This document shows, in pieces, positions 13,701 through 26,027 of a stretch of 64,000 bases of DNA. Position 1 is the stretch's first letter. The number at the start of each line of letters is the position of its first letter. The stretch spans positions 62,001-126,000 of the forward strand of contig CBFDEM010000006.1 in NCBI GenBank assembly GCA_965603825.1, written 5' to 3'. This DNA comes from Blepharisma stoltei ATCC 30299 (taxonomy: Eukaryota > Protista > Ciliophora). The translations under genes and the position numbers were made by a program. The notes below the pieces were generated by a model. The model saw nothing but the letters and a program-made list of their open reading frames with translations, did not search any database and had not been told where the DNA came from.

Positions 13701-16700
13701 CGATGCACAATGTCCAAGCGGTTATAGCCAAAATTCAGGCACAAATAAATGTGATTTGACTAGTAATTTGGTTATTGATTTAGAATTTGATGATTATATA
13801 GTGCTTGATAATTTATTAGGATTTGACGTTGGAAACAGCAATACAAACACTTATCCAAATTTTGATACAAATGACCCTACTCCAGCAATTAATCGTGGAT
13901 ATTATTTTACTGGACAAAGCTATATGAAAGGGTCTGCTGTTTTTAGTCCTTATTTCTCAGTCATGCTATGAGTCAAAGTTATAGACCAAGGAGTTTTGAT
14001 TGAAAAATACAATGTAGCTATAGCATATTTTGCTATAGAAATTGATACGAATATGTTTCCAAATCTTAATTTATTACTAAAAGATGGATCATCGCTAAAT
14101 TCAGTAGGATCTCAAAGCGTAGTCTCTGATTGGCATTACTTGTCGTTTTCTGGATCAATTAATTTAGATGGAACATACAGCTCAAATCTTTATGTTGATA
14201 CCAATTTACTCATAACAAGTACTTCTACACCTAAGACATACTTAAGAGACAGTACTTCTGGAACTCTTCTGATTGGCGTTGACCATTCATCTACAACTGG
14301 TTTTAAAGGGTTTCTATGAAATTTGAAAATCTATAATGACGAGACTTATGCAAATTCAGCATGAGTCTCTACAACTTGTACTGTAAATCCTTGCACAAGT
14401 TGCCCGATTGGAAATTTCTGTCCTAGTTCTTGCTCATTGGCAAATTATCCAGGCAGCTCTTTTTGTGGTTCGTGCAAGAGTTCTTCATGCTCTTATGGAT
14501 GCAGAAGCGATCTGACCTGCCGACTTTGTAGAGAAAAAGAATGCTATTCTTGTATATCATTCTCAAATAAGTGCTTAACCTGCATCACAAATGCTGGATT
14601 TGTAGGAAACTCATGCCAATGCAATCTAAATGCATATTGAAATGGGAATACAGAGACTTGTGACCTTTGCCACACTATCTGTACATCTTGCTCTGGGCCT
14701 TCTTTTACAGAATGCATTCAATGTGGATCTTCCTTATTTATGCTTTCAAACGTTTGTTTAGAGTTTTGTCCTTCAGGATATACTATAAGTGGTAATCAAT
14801 GTATATTATCTAATGAGCTTGTTTTCAGCTTGAGGCTAAGCCAGATAAAAGATATTGTTTATGATTCAATAGGAAATATAGCTTTTCAAACAGGAAACGA
14901 TAATAGTTTTTACCCTTTCTATACTCCTGAAGATCCATATGCAGCAAAATTAAGAGGATACTATTTTAGAGGGACATCATTTATGAAATCGATTGATAAT
15001 CCTCCATCCTTAACTTTTGGAGCAGAATTTACAATATCAGCATGAATAAATCCAACTTTAGGCAATGGGTACTTAATTTCTAAGCAAGACAACTCACTTT
15101 CAAGTTTTCTTACTTTTTCACTAAGCTCAGGAAAACTTAATTTTTCAATGAAATTAAAAGATGGGACGACAGTTTCGTATATGACTTCAGCTTTATCAGT
15201 TTCTTTAGGATCTTGAAATTTTATTGCTGTTAAAAGTTTAATTAGTTCAACTCCCCAGCAGAAAATTTCATTTTACATTGATTCTTCTAGTGAAATCTCT
15301 TCTGATCTCAGATCCTCGTGGTATCAGGATATTTCTTCATCATTTTTTATTTCAATTGGCGCTGGCTCTGATTTAAATGCAAATCTCTATAAAGGTTTCT
15401 TATGAGGCATCAATATTTATAATTTTGATGAGCCTATGTTAAGTATTATTATATCTGGGACTTGTTCAGGGTGCTCTTTATGTCCTATAGAATTATCAAA
15501 TACATGCATTCCGAATTGTGATTTGCCTTATTATCCTAATAGCTTGGCTTGTGCTTCATGTCAAGCTCAATGTGGATGGGGATGCGTTAGGAATGATAAA
15601 AATTGCAACTTGTGTCAAGATGTAATTTGCTTAGTTTGTGATGACTATACATCAACTTGCATAACTTGCAGAGACCATGCTCATTTATCTTCATCAGTTT
15701 GCGTATGCAATGACGGCTATTACTGGGATTTGGCAAATGAAGAATGCGCTGTATGCGATTCAACATGTAAAACTTGCAAATCCTCAGCTGCTAGTGACTG
15801 CATAGTTTGCGCGTCTGGTCTTTATATGTATTTAGGATGATGCATTTCAGAATGCCCAGAAGGATTTATAGAGAGTGGATCAGTTTGTATAGAAAAAGAC
15901 CCATTCATTTTCTATCTATCTTTTGACACTCTTAAAGGGGTTGTTATTGATAAGCAAAGCAGCATTCCAGCTTTAACTGGGAATAGCACAGCATTTTATC
16001 CAGATTATGATGAGTTTGATCCATTAGCTGCTGCATATAGAGGATTCTATTTTAATGGTGTAAGCTCAGTTATGCACTTACCTATTTATCCAGGATACAC
16101 CAGCCCAGTCCTTAGTTTTGGCTATTCCTTTACCTTTTCTATCTGGATAAATCTGGAGAATGGCTTTGGGGCAATCATTTCAAAGCAAGATAAACTAAAA
16201 AATCCAATTTTCTCTCTCACTATATCTTCTGGAACTGTAATGGTTTCATTAAACTTTAAAACTGCTGGAATAGCTTATTTCTATTATTTACAAAGCCTTA
16301 GTTTTTATGAATGAAATCACATTGCATTCACAGCAGAATACACAAGTTTGAAGCATACCAAAATCTCATTTTATTTGAACGGGATTATTGATAATCAGCT
16401 TGATTTTGGCTCAGACTATTTTAATGATAAAAAAACTGATGTTTCTTTTACTTTAGGGGCCACAAAAGACTCTTCAGGATATACAAATTATTTTAAAGGC
16501 TTTATTTATGATATTAAAGGATACAGTTCTGTAAGAAGTATATCATCTCTTGCATTACCTACAGCACAATGCTCAGAAAACTGCAAATCATGTTTAACTA
16601 CTGGAGTCTGCATCCCTAATTGTGTAATTACTCAATATTGGGTAGGCCCACAATATAATAAATGCTCAAAATGTAGCAATGGGTGTATGAGCTGCCGGGA

Positions 16701-18636
16701 TTCGAGTAAATTCTGCAATCTTTGTGAGAACCCAAAATGCACGTCATGTACTGATTTTACAGCAGACTCCTGCCTTGAATGTACTTCTGGGACTTCAAAC
16801 ATCACAAATTGCCAATGTGACTATGGTCTTGCTTGAAACTCAACCTCAGGAGCATGTGAGACTTGTCATCAATGGCAATTCAAAGCCAACGACTCCTGCA
16901 TTGACTGTCCTCCACTTTGTGCCCAATGTGATAGCCTAACTAAATGCACATGATGTATTAACAACGCTGTATTAAACTCTGGAAGCTGCAGCTGCTCTCC
17001 AGGATGGTTAGGAAATACAACTTGTGTATATATCCCTTTCAATGTTACCCTCACAGTGAATCTCAACAATACTCTTGTCCTAACTTTCAGCGATTTTCTA
17101 GTCACAAATTTGACCAGTGGCAATATTTATATAAAAATTCTTAACCAAACGGTCGAATTTTTCTCAGTCACTTATTTATCAAATAGCAGTTACCTTATAA
17201 CATGTGAATTTGGAGGCGGCATTAAAAAAGGCACAATAGTAAAAGTCTATTTTATAGATCCAAAAGAAATATTGTCAGTCTCTGGCGGCGTAATTCATGA
17301 CCAATACGTATCAGGGACTCTATATAAATCAATTAAAACTTCAGAAGAACAAGAAATCGCCCAAATCCAAAACCAAGTTTCTGCTGGGATAAAAGCCCTG
17401 GTTGGCTCAGGAGCTGTTTTAGCTATGCTTAATCCAAGTCCTTCTGGATTTTGGACAATGCTGAACACTATTCAGCTATTGGCGTATATCCCTTATGCAA
17501 ATTATCCTTTGACAGACAAAATAGTCGCATTTTTTGAAGCAATGAATGGCTTTAATTTTGTTCCTAACATATTTTCTTTATTTATAGATAAAAAACAAGG
17601 AAATTCTCCATATTATCAGGCAGAAAAATATGGATATGATAGCGATTTAGTTCTGCTAAATATAGGAAATGACGCTACAATATTATGTGTTATGATAGCG
17701 ATGATGCCTATAACCTTATATTTATCTAAATGCTCAGAGAGACTTATAGGGAAAAAATTAAAAAAGATTTATAATGAGTACAAGTTTGGGGTATTTTTGA
17801 GATTCTGAATATTAATTTATCTAGAAAGTGGATTTGCGGCTATTGTTGGAATTTTGAGTGCTAAAAGATCTGAAACTTATCCAGGTGCTGTTGAGTTTTC
17901 TAACCTTCTGATTTGTTGGGCTTTTATTGTGATGTTTATTTAGATATTCATAATTTTGACTCCAATGCTATTGGTGTATTCAAGCTATAAAAATTCCAAA
18001 AATATTTTATATAAGAGAAACAAAAAATGGTTAATACCTTGAAACTCTCTTTATTATGAGTTTAAAAACGATTTAGGGTTCATGAGCACACAATATTATA
18101 CACTATTTTTCACAAGACGGTTAATTTATATTGCAGTTCAAGTCTTTCTAAATGACTACCCTCAAAGCCAGCTAACAATAAATACAGTCTGTGCATTATG
18201 CGTAATTTCTATTTAGATGGCTCTATATGTTTTTGTCTACAAGCCTTTTGAAGACCCTGTGATTCAGATTACCAACTTGATCACTGAATGTGGAATTTCC
18301 ATTACCTTTATAATGATTTGTCCATATTTTTTTGACTTAACATCAACTGCGCTTGATAATATGGACAGCTGTGTAATGATTTTTGTTATTTTTATTATGG
18401 CAGCACAAACAGCTGGACCTTTAATAAACTCAATTAAAGAGTTATATGAGCTTGCTAAAAGAAGCATGACAAAAGAAATACGCTCGAATCCAATAAAAAT
18501 ATTGAAAAACCCGAGAAGAATTGATCTAAATAACATGAGTAATTTCTTTGAGGATGAAACTCCAGCTATTATTGAATTTGCAGATGCAGAAAATAGGAAT
18601 TTTAATCAAGAAATACCAAATCAAACAAATAAATAA
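7783..18636 (+). CDS. Paralog 2: malectin + 8 Cys-rich/LamG-like modules + multi-pass TM domain, ~3607 aa (introns 17929-17943 and 18202-18216)
   Basis: All family-matching ORFs from 7783 to 18217 are in one frame and broken only by TGA. Signal peptide MKACLRHLALIVLSLLTCYS; malectin motif YLSERY...WGYNLP; TAA at 18634-18636. Confidence 0.9.
9445..13525 (+). repeat. Intragenic tandem duplication, two copies of ~2040 bp (680 aa, two modules each)
   Basis: Near-identical sequence at an offset of 2040 (9625 vs 11665; 10330 vs 12370). Confidence 0.93.
17929..17943 (+). other. 15-nt intron GTGATGTTTATTTAG (GTG donor)
   Basis: Homologous position, A at position 10, removes an in-frame TAG. Confidence 0.83.
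18202..18216 (+). other. 15-nt intron GTAATTTCTATTTAG
   Basis: Homologous position, A at position 10. Confidence 0.87.
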
Positions 18637-19023
18637 GGATTAAATCATATTTTAATAATAAAAAATTGGAATATTTTTATTTTTAGAGGTGCATAGGTTT
18701 ACTAAATTAATTTTTAATAGGAAATATGTGTAAATTATCCGATTTTTTCATTTTTAAGTCCCTTAAGATTATTTTAGCATAAAAAAGCAATAAAAGGCTT
18801 TGTGTAAAAATAGCAAAATCTTGGAAGAAGTGTAAAGAAAATTTGCTTAATTATTATAAAAAAAATTAAAAAAGATAGCATTTTATTTGAATGAAATTGA
18901 TTTTAGCATTTATAACAAGCATAAAAAATTCATTATTGAGATTCCGATTTGGGTCAAATATTATTTACATTTTATATTAATTTCCTTATGTAAACCTAAA
19001 TTTACATAATTTTTATATATAAA

Positions 19024-22000
19024 ATGAAAGTTCGCCAGATTTATTTTGCCTTAATTTCTCTGAATTTATTGTTTACTTACTCGCTTGATGTCTCAACAAT
19101 CGTTTTAGCTATCAATTCAGGAGGCTCAGCTTATACATCTTCTTTTGGCTTTTCATACTCTGATGATATCTATTATACCCCAGCAACAAATAAAGTTAGC
19201 AATCTAGCAGGCATAAATATAGCTGATACAGTAGATGAATTTATTTATCAATCTGAAAGATGAAACTCAGAGACTTGAGGATATGACCTCCCTATTAGCA
19301 CAGATGGGACATATGTGCTTATTCTTCAATTTGCTGAGATCATTTTCTCAGCCGCCAATTATAGAGTTTTCACTGTAAAAATTGGGGACTATGTTGTTGC
19401 TAATAATTTAGACTTATACGCTACTGTAGGGTATCATATAGCTTATGATATTTTTACAACTTTTACATTATCAAATAATACAATTTTAATTTCAGGAAAT
19501 ACAGTTTCTGGAGCTTATTCAGGTGGCAATTTATTAGTTCGATTTTATTTAGTTGTAGAGAATCCAAAACTTTCAGGAATAGTTTTGGTGAGTGGAGATT
19601 GCAGTGTGGCTGATTATTGCAATATGTGTTATCAAGCAAGATGCTTGGTATGCAATGTTGCTACTCTCACCTGCACTACTTGTATTACTAATGCTAGCAT
19701 TATAAGTGGAGTATGTCAATGTAATTTAGGCACTTATTGGGATGCTTCTTCAAGAAAATGCATTATTTGCGACAAATTGTGTTCATCATGCTCAGATAAG
19801 TTTAGCTGCACAACTTGCTTAGGCGCAAATGTGCTAGTTTCAAATGTTTGTTTAAGAGCATGCCCATATGGATTTGGTGCATCTTGTGCTTCAGTTTCAA
19901 GCGCAGTTATTGATCAAAATTTTGCAAATTATTTTTATGGAGCTTATGGATTATTTCAAACAGGGACAAGCTCAAGCAGCTATTATTTTTTTAACAATCC
20001 TGAAGTAGTAGACCCCATCCCAGCTAAAAACCGAGGGCTTTATTTTTCTGGAGGCTCATATCTTCAAACCGCTTCAACTGTATATATTTCGCTTAATTTT
20101 TCAATTGGAATGTGGGTTTGGATATTATCTGACTCAGGAGATATTTTGACAAATAGTTCTGGCTATAAAATAACGATATCTTCAAGTGGATCTATGACAA
20201 TTGTGTTAGAGAGTAATATCGAATCTATGACTACAGTAATGACTGCAGTACTTAACCCTTCAAATTCAGCGTGAGTTTACATTTCTTTTATTATTTCATT
20301 TTCACCATCAACAAGTTCTACAACGATTGCCCCTTCTCTAAACAATTCTCCACAAACATCTACAACATCCAATGGATACATATATAGAGATGCTGTAAGC
20401 AATGCATTGATTCTTGGGAAAAGCTCTTCGAGCAATTTTTTTGGATATATTTACCAATTCACTTTATGAAATGTAGCAGTTTCAAATTTTAACACCCAAT
20501 ACTCAGACCAAATATGTGGTGCAGGAGCAATCAATAGCTGCCTTTGAACTTGCCCTCTATCTCAATGAATGAATGAGGTAACGCCTACAAATTGCAATTC
20601 ATGCACAAATGGTTGTGTAAGAAATGAATCGTGCAATGTTTGTGAAGATCCTCTTTGCAGTGTCTGTACAGGGTTCTTAGTAGGCCTATGCATACAATGT
20701 ATTTCTAATGCATCAGGGACTCCTTGCGCTTGCAATATTGGCTATTATTGAGATTTAACTAGTAATAAATGCCTATCATGTGACTATAGCTGCAAAACTT
20801 GCACATCATCGACTTCTGGAGACTGCATTGTTTGTGCGTCTGCCTTTTATATGTATTTAGGATGGTGCATTTCTAAGTGTCCAGATGGATTTATAGAAAG
20901 CGGGTCATCGTGCGTTGAAAAAGATTCTTTTATCTTTTATCTTTCATTTGATACTCTTGAAGGAGTTGTTTTTGATAAGCAAAGCAAAATTCCAGCTTTA
21001 ACTGGGAACAGCACAGCTTTTTACCCAGATTATGATGACTTTGATCCAATAGCTGCTTTATACAGAGGGTTTTATTTTAATGGAATGAATTCAGTTATGC
21101 ATTTACCTATTTATCCAGGCTACAATAGCCCAGCTCTCAGCTTTGGCTATTCTTTTACTTTTTCTATATGAGTCAATATTGAGAATGGCTTTGGAATTAT
21201 TCTCTCAAAACAAGATTTACTCTATAATCCAATTTTTTCTCTCCAGCTAAGTGCTGGAGTTTTAGTGGTTTCCTTAAACTTTAAAAGCTCTGGATTGACT
21301 TCTTTCTATTATTTACAAAGTGTTGAATCTTATGAATGAAATCATGTTGCATTCACAGCAGAATACACAAGTTTAAAGCGGACAAAAATGGCATTCTATT
21401 TGAATGGAATACAAGATGATGGACACGATTTTGGATATGACTATTTTAAAGATATCAAAACAGATATTACTTTTACATTGGGAGCAGAAAAAGATCTATT
21501 TGGCTATAAAAATTATTTTAAGGGGTTTATATATGATATTAAAGGTTATAATTCAGTAAAAAGCATATCAGCACTTGCATTACCTGCAGTTCAATGTACA
21601 GAAAACTGTAAAGCGTGTCTTACAAATGAAGTCTGCATCCCTAATTGTCTAATTTCTCAGTATTGGGTTGGTCCAGAATATAACAAATGTTCCAAATGCA
21701 GCAGTGAATGTCTTAGCTGTAGAGATTCCAGTGAATTTTGTGATCTTTGTGATAATCAAAAGTGTGCATCCTGTTATGATTTTACTGGAGATTCCTGCCT
21801 TGAATGTGTTTCTGGTACTTCAAATACAACAAACTGCCAATGTGACTATGATCTTGCTTGGAATACAAGCTCAGGAATGTGCGAGACTTGCCATCAATGG
21901 CAATACAAAGCAAATGATTCTTGCTATGATTGTCCTCCTCTCTGTACTCAATGTGATATTAAAAATAAATGCAAATCGTGCATTAACAATGCAGTATTAA

Positions 22001-23634
22001 ATTCTGGAAGCTGTGCTTGCTCTCCTGGATACATAGGAACAACTTCATGCACATTTATCCCCTTTAATGTCAGTCTTGTTGTTAACAAAAATAATACTTT
22101 AGTCCTAGCCTTCAGTGACATGCTAAAGAAAGGTTTAAATCATGACCAAATTATGATGCAAATTCATAATAATAAAATTCTATCATGATCAATTTCTCAA
22201 ATTTCAAGCAAAGAGTATTTAATATCATGTAATTTTGATGGAGGGATTTCCAAGGGCACTACTATTACAGTGCACTTTATAAATTCGACAAGCATTGTAT
22301 CGATCTCTGGAGGTGTAATCCACGAAGATTATTTATCAGACTTTTTATATGAATCTTTGACTTCTGAAGAGCAAGAGGTGGCTCAAATTCAAAATCAAGT
22401 TTCTTCTGGAGTAAAAGTTTTTGTTGGATCAAGTGTAGCTTTAGCAATGTTCAGTCCAAATCCTTCAGCTCTATGAACTATGCTGAACACTATTCAATTT
22501 ATTTCCTACATACCTTATGCGAGCTACCCTTTAACAGACAAAATTTCTGCATTTCTAAAATCAATGAGCGATTTCAATTTAGTTCCAAATTTATTTCTAT
22601 TGTTCATTGATGAAAATCAAAGTAACCCACCTTATTATCAAGCCAGAAAATATGGATATGATAGCTTATTGATACTTGTAAATGTTGGAAATGATATAAC
22701 TGCTCTGTGTTGTGTTATAACTGCGATCCCTATCGTTTATTTTTTTTATAAATGTTCTCAGAGATTCATTGGAAAGAAATTTAAAAAATTATTTAGAGAG
22801 TATAAATTTAGTGCTTTTTTACGATTTTGGATTGTATGCTATCTTGAAATTGGTTTTGCTTCTATAATTGGTGTTTTGAGCACAGAAGATTATGAAATCT
22901 TAGAAAATCCGCTTAGATTATCTAACTATTTCATTTGCTGATTTTTTATTGTAATGATAATTTAGATGCTTATAGGAATTACTCCTTTTCTTCATGCATA
23001 TTTTAGCTTCAAGAATATAAGCAGAATTGTAAATAGAAAAAATAAAAAATGGTTCACTAGTTGAAGCTCCTTATATTATGAGTTCAAGAATAATGCAGGA
23101 TTTATGAGCACACAATTTTATACTCTATACTTTGCAAGGCGCATAATTTTTATTATTACCCAAGTATTTTTGAATAAGTTTCCTCAAAGTCAACTTACAA
23201 TAAATGCAGTGTCATCTTTATGTGTATGATTTATATAGATTGTTTTATTTTTAATTTATTATCAGCCTTTTGATAACTCTGTAATCCAGATTACAAACTT
23301 AATTACTGAGTTTGGGATTTTTACTATTTTCACTCTCCTAAGTCCATATTTTTTTGATCTGGGCTCTTCGGGGATTAATATTATCGACAACTTGATTATT
23401 TATTTTGTTGTTTTTCTTATGGCAGTACAAACAGTCGGGCCTCTAATAAATTCTATAAAAGAAGTTTATTCTGTTGCCAAAAGAAGCATGAATAAAGAAA
23501 TTTATCCAGAAGAAAAGATAAATAAAAATAAGAAAAGGATCAATATAAATACTTGAACGATACCTTCGGAAGCACCTTGCGAACCAAAATGCAGACGCAA
23601 TAGTAAAAACTATAATAATATAGGATATAAATAA
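19024..23634 (+). CDS. Paralog 3: malectin + 2 Cys-rich/LamG-like modules + multi-pass TM domain, ~1526 aa (introns 22951-22965 and 23224-23238)
   Basis: Single frame through TGA codons; introns GTAATGATAATTTAG and GTATGATTTATATAG; TAA at 23632-23634. Confidence 0.9.
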
Positions 23635-23812
23635 ATTTTTATCAATAATCGTGTAGCAAAAATTATAGTTTTAATAAATTTGAAATAAGGCATCTATTTT
23701 TTATGAATTTCGATAGGCATATATAATGAAGATGATTATTGGAATCGAGTTAAATAAATTTTAGCTTCAGTATTGATATGAACTGTAAAAAGTTTTTATT
23801 ATTATAAATCTT

Positions 23813-25860
23813 AGTAAAAAGCATATCAGCACTTGCATTACCTGCAGACCAATGCACAGAAAACTGTAAAGCATGTCCCGCGAATGGAGTCTGCATCCCT
23901 AATTGTCTAATTTCTCAGTATTGGATTGATCCTGAATATAATAAATGCTAAAAATGCAGCATTGAATGCTTAAGCTGTAGAGATTCCAGTGAATTTTGCA
24001 ATCTTTGTGATAATCAGAAGTGTGGATCCTGCTATGATTTTACTGGAGATTCCTGCATTAAATGTGTTTCTGGGACTTCAAATACAACAAATTGCCAATG
24101 TGACTATGATCTTGCTTGGAATACAAGCTCAGGAATGTGCGAGACTTGCCATCAATGGCAATACAAAGCAAATGATTCTTGCTATGATTGTCCTCCTCTC
24201 TGTGCTCAATGTGATAGTAAAAATAAATGCAAATCGTGCATTAACAATGCAGTATTAAATTCTGGAAGCTGTGCTTGCTCTCCTGGATACATAGGAATAA
24301 CTGAATGCACATTTATCCCCTTTAATGTCAGTCTTGTTGTTAACAAAAATAATACTTTAGTCCTAGCCTTCAGTGACATGCTAAAGAAAGGTTTAAATCA
24401 TGACCAAATTATGATGCAAATTCATAATAATAAAATTCTATCATGATCAATTTCTCAAATTTCAAGCAAAGAGTATTTAATATCATGTAATTTTGATGGA
24501 GGGATTTTCAAGGGCACTACTATTATAGTACACTTTATAAATTCTACAAGCATTGTATCGGTTTCTGGAGGTGTAATCCACGAAGATTATTTATCAGGCT
24601 CTTTATATGAATCTTTGACTTCTGAAGAGCAAGAAGTGGCTCAAATTCAAAATCAAGTTTCTTCTGGAGTAAAAATTTTGGTTGGATCAAGTGTAGTTTT
24701 AGCAATGCTCAATCCAAACCCTTCAGCTCTATGAACTATGCTGAACACTATTCAATTTATTTCCTACATACCTTATGCCAGATACCCTTTAACAGACAAA
24801 ATTTCTGCATTTTTTAAGTCAATGAGCGATTTCAATTTAGTTCCAAATTTATTTTTATTATTTATTGATACCAATCAAAGTAACCCACCTTATTATCAAG
24901 CCAGAAAATATGGATATGATAGCTTATTGATACTTTTAAATGTGTAAATGATATAACTGCTCTGTTATTTGTTATAATTTTGATGCCTTTAGTTTATTTT
25001 TTTTCTAAATGCTCTCAGAGAATCATTCGAAAGAAATTTAAAAAATTACTTAGAGAGTATAAATTTGGTGCTTTTTTACGATTTTGGATTGTATGGTATC
25101 TTGAAATCGGTTTTGCTTCTATAATTGGGGTTTTGAGCACAGAATATTATAAAATCTTAGAAAATCCGTTTAGATTATCTAACTATTTCATTTGCTGATT
25201 TTTTATTGTAATGATAATTTAGATTCTTATAACGATTACTCCTTTTCTTCTTGCATATTTTAGCTTCAAGAATTTAAACAGAAGAAATAAAAATGGTTCA
25301 CTAGATGAAGCTCCTTATATTACGAGTTCAAGAATAATAGAGGACTTATGAGCATCAATTTTATACTCTATACTTTGTAAGGCGCATAATATTTATTATC
25401 ACCAAGTATTTTTAAATGATTTTCCTCAAAGTCAACTTACAATAAATGCAGTGTCATCTTTATGTGTATGATTTATATAGGTTGCTTTATTTTTAATTAT
25501 TTATCAGCCTTTTGATAACTCTGTAGTCTAGGTTACAAATTTAATTACTGAATTTGGGATTTTTGTTATTTTTATGCTCCTAAGTCGATATTTTTTTGAT
25601 CTGGGCCCTGCGGGGATTAATATTATCGACAACATAATTATTTATTTTGCTATTCTTCTTATGGCAGTGCAAACAGTCGGACCTCTAATAAATTCTATAA
25701 AAGAAGTTTATTCTGTTTCCAAAAGAAGCATGAATAAAGAAATTTATCCAGAAGAAAAGATAAATAAAAATGAGAAAAGGATTTATATAAATACCTGAAC
25801 AGTGCCTTCGGAAGGACCTTGCCAACCAAAATGTAAAAGCAAAAGTATAAATTATAAAGA
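23813..25860 (+). pseudogene. Paralog 4: 5'-truncated pseudogene (3' half only)
   Basis: Starts abruptly in sequence homologous to ~21555. Premature TAA at 23949-23951, frameshift near 24945, small deletions near 25280, TAG at 25529-25531. Keeps introns 25208-25222 and 25466-25480. Confidence 0.88.
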
Positions 25861-26027
25861 AAATCTGATTTTAAAAAAATTATAAAATCAAAAAAGTTTA
25901 TAATGAAATTTATTTAGCATTTGTAGCAAGCATAAAGCAATTTATTATTGAGATTCCGCTTTTCGGTCAAATATTATTTACTATTTTAGCTAATTTCCTA
26001 TTAAAAACCTAAAATTATATAAATAAA

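Noticed and set aside
21668-22000. Recurrent alternate-frame ORF (also at 28636, 36916, 40640, 46110, 61859) and antisense ORFs as overlapping genes
   Set aside because: These are shadows of Cys-rich codon usage, repeated only because the host gene is duplicated; they have no real start codons or recognisable motifs.
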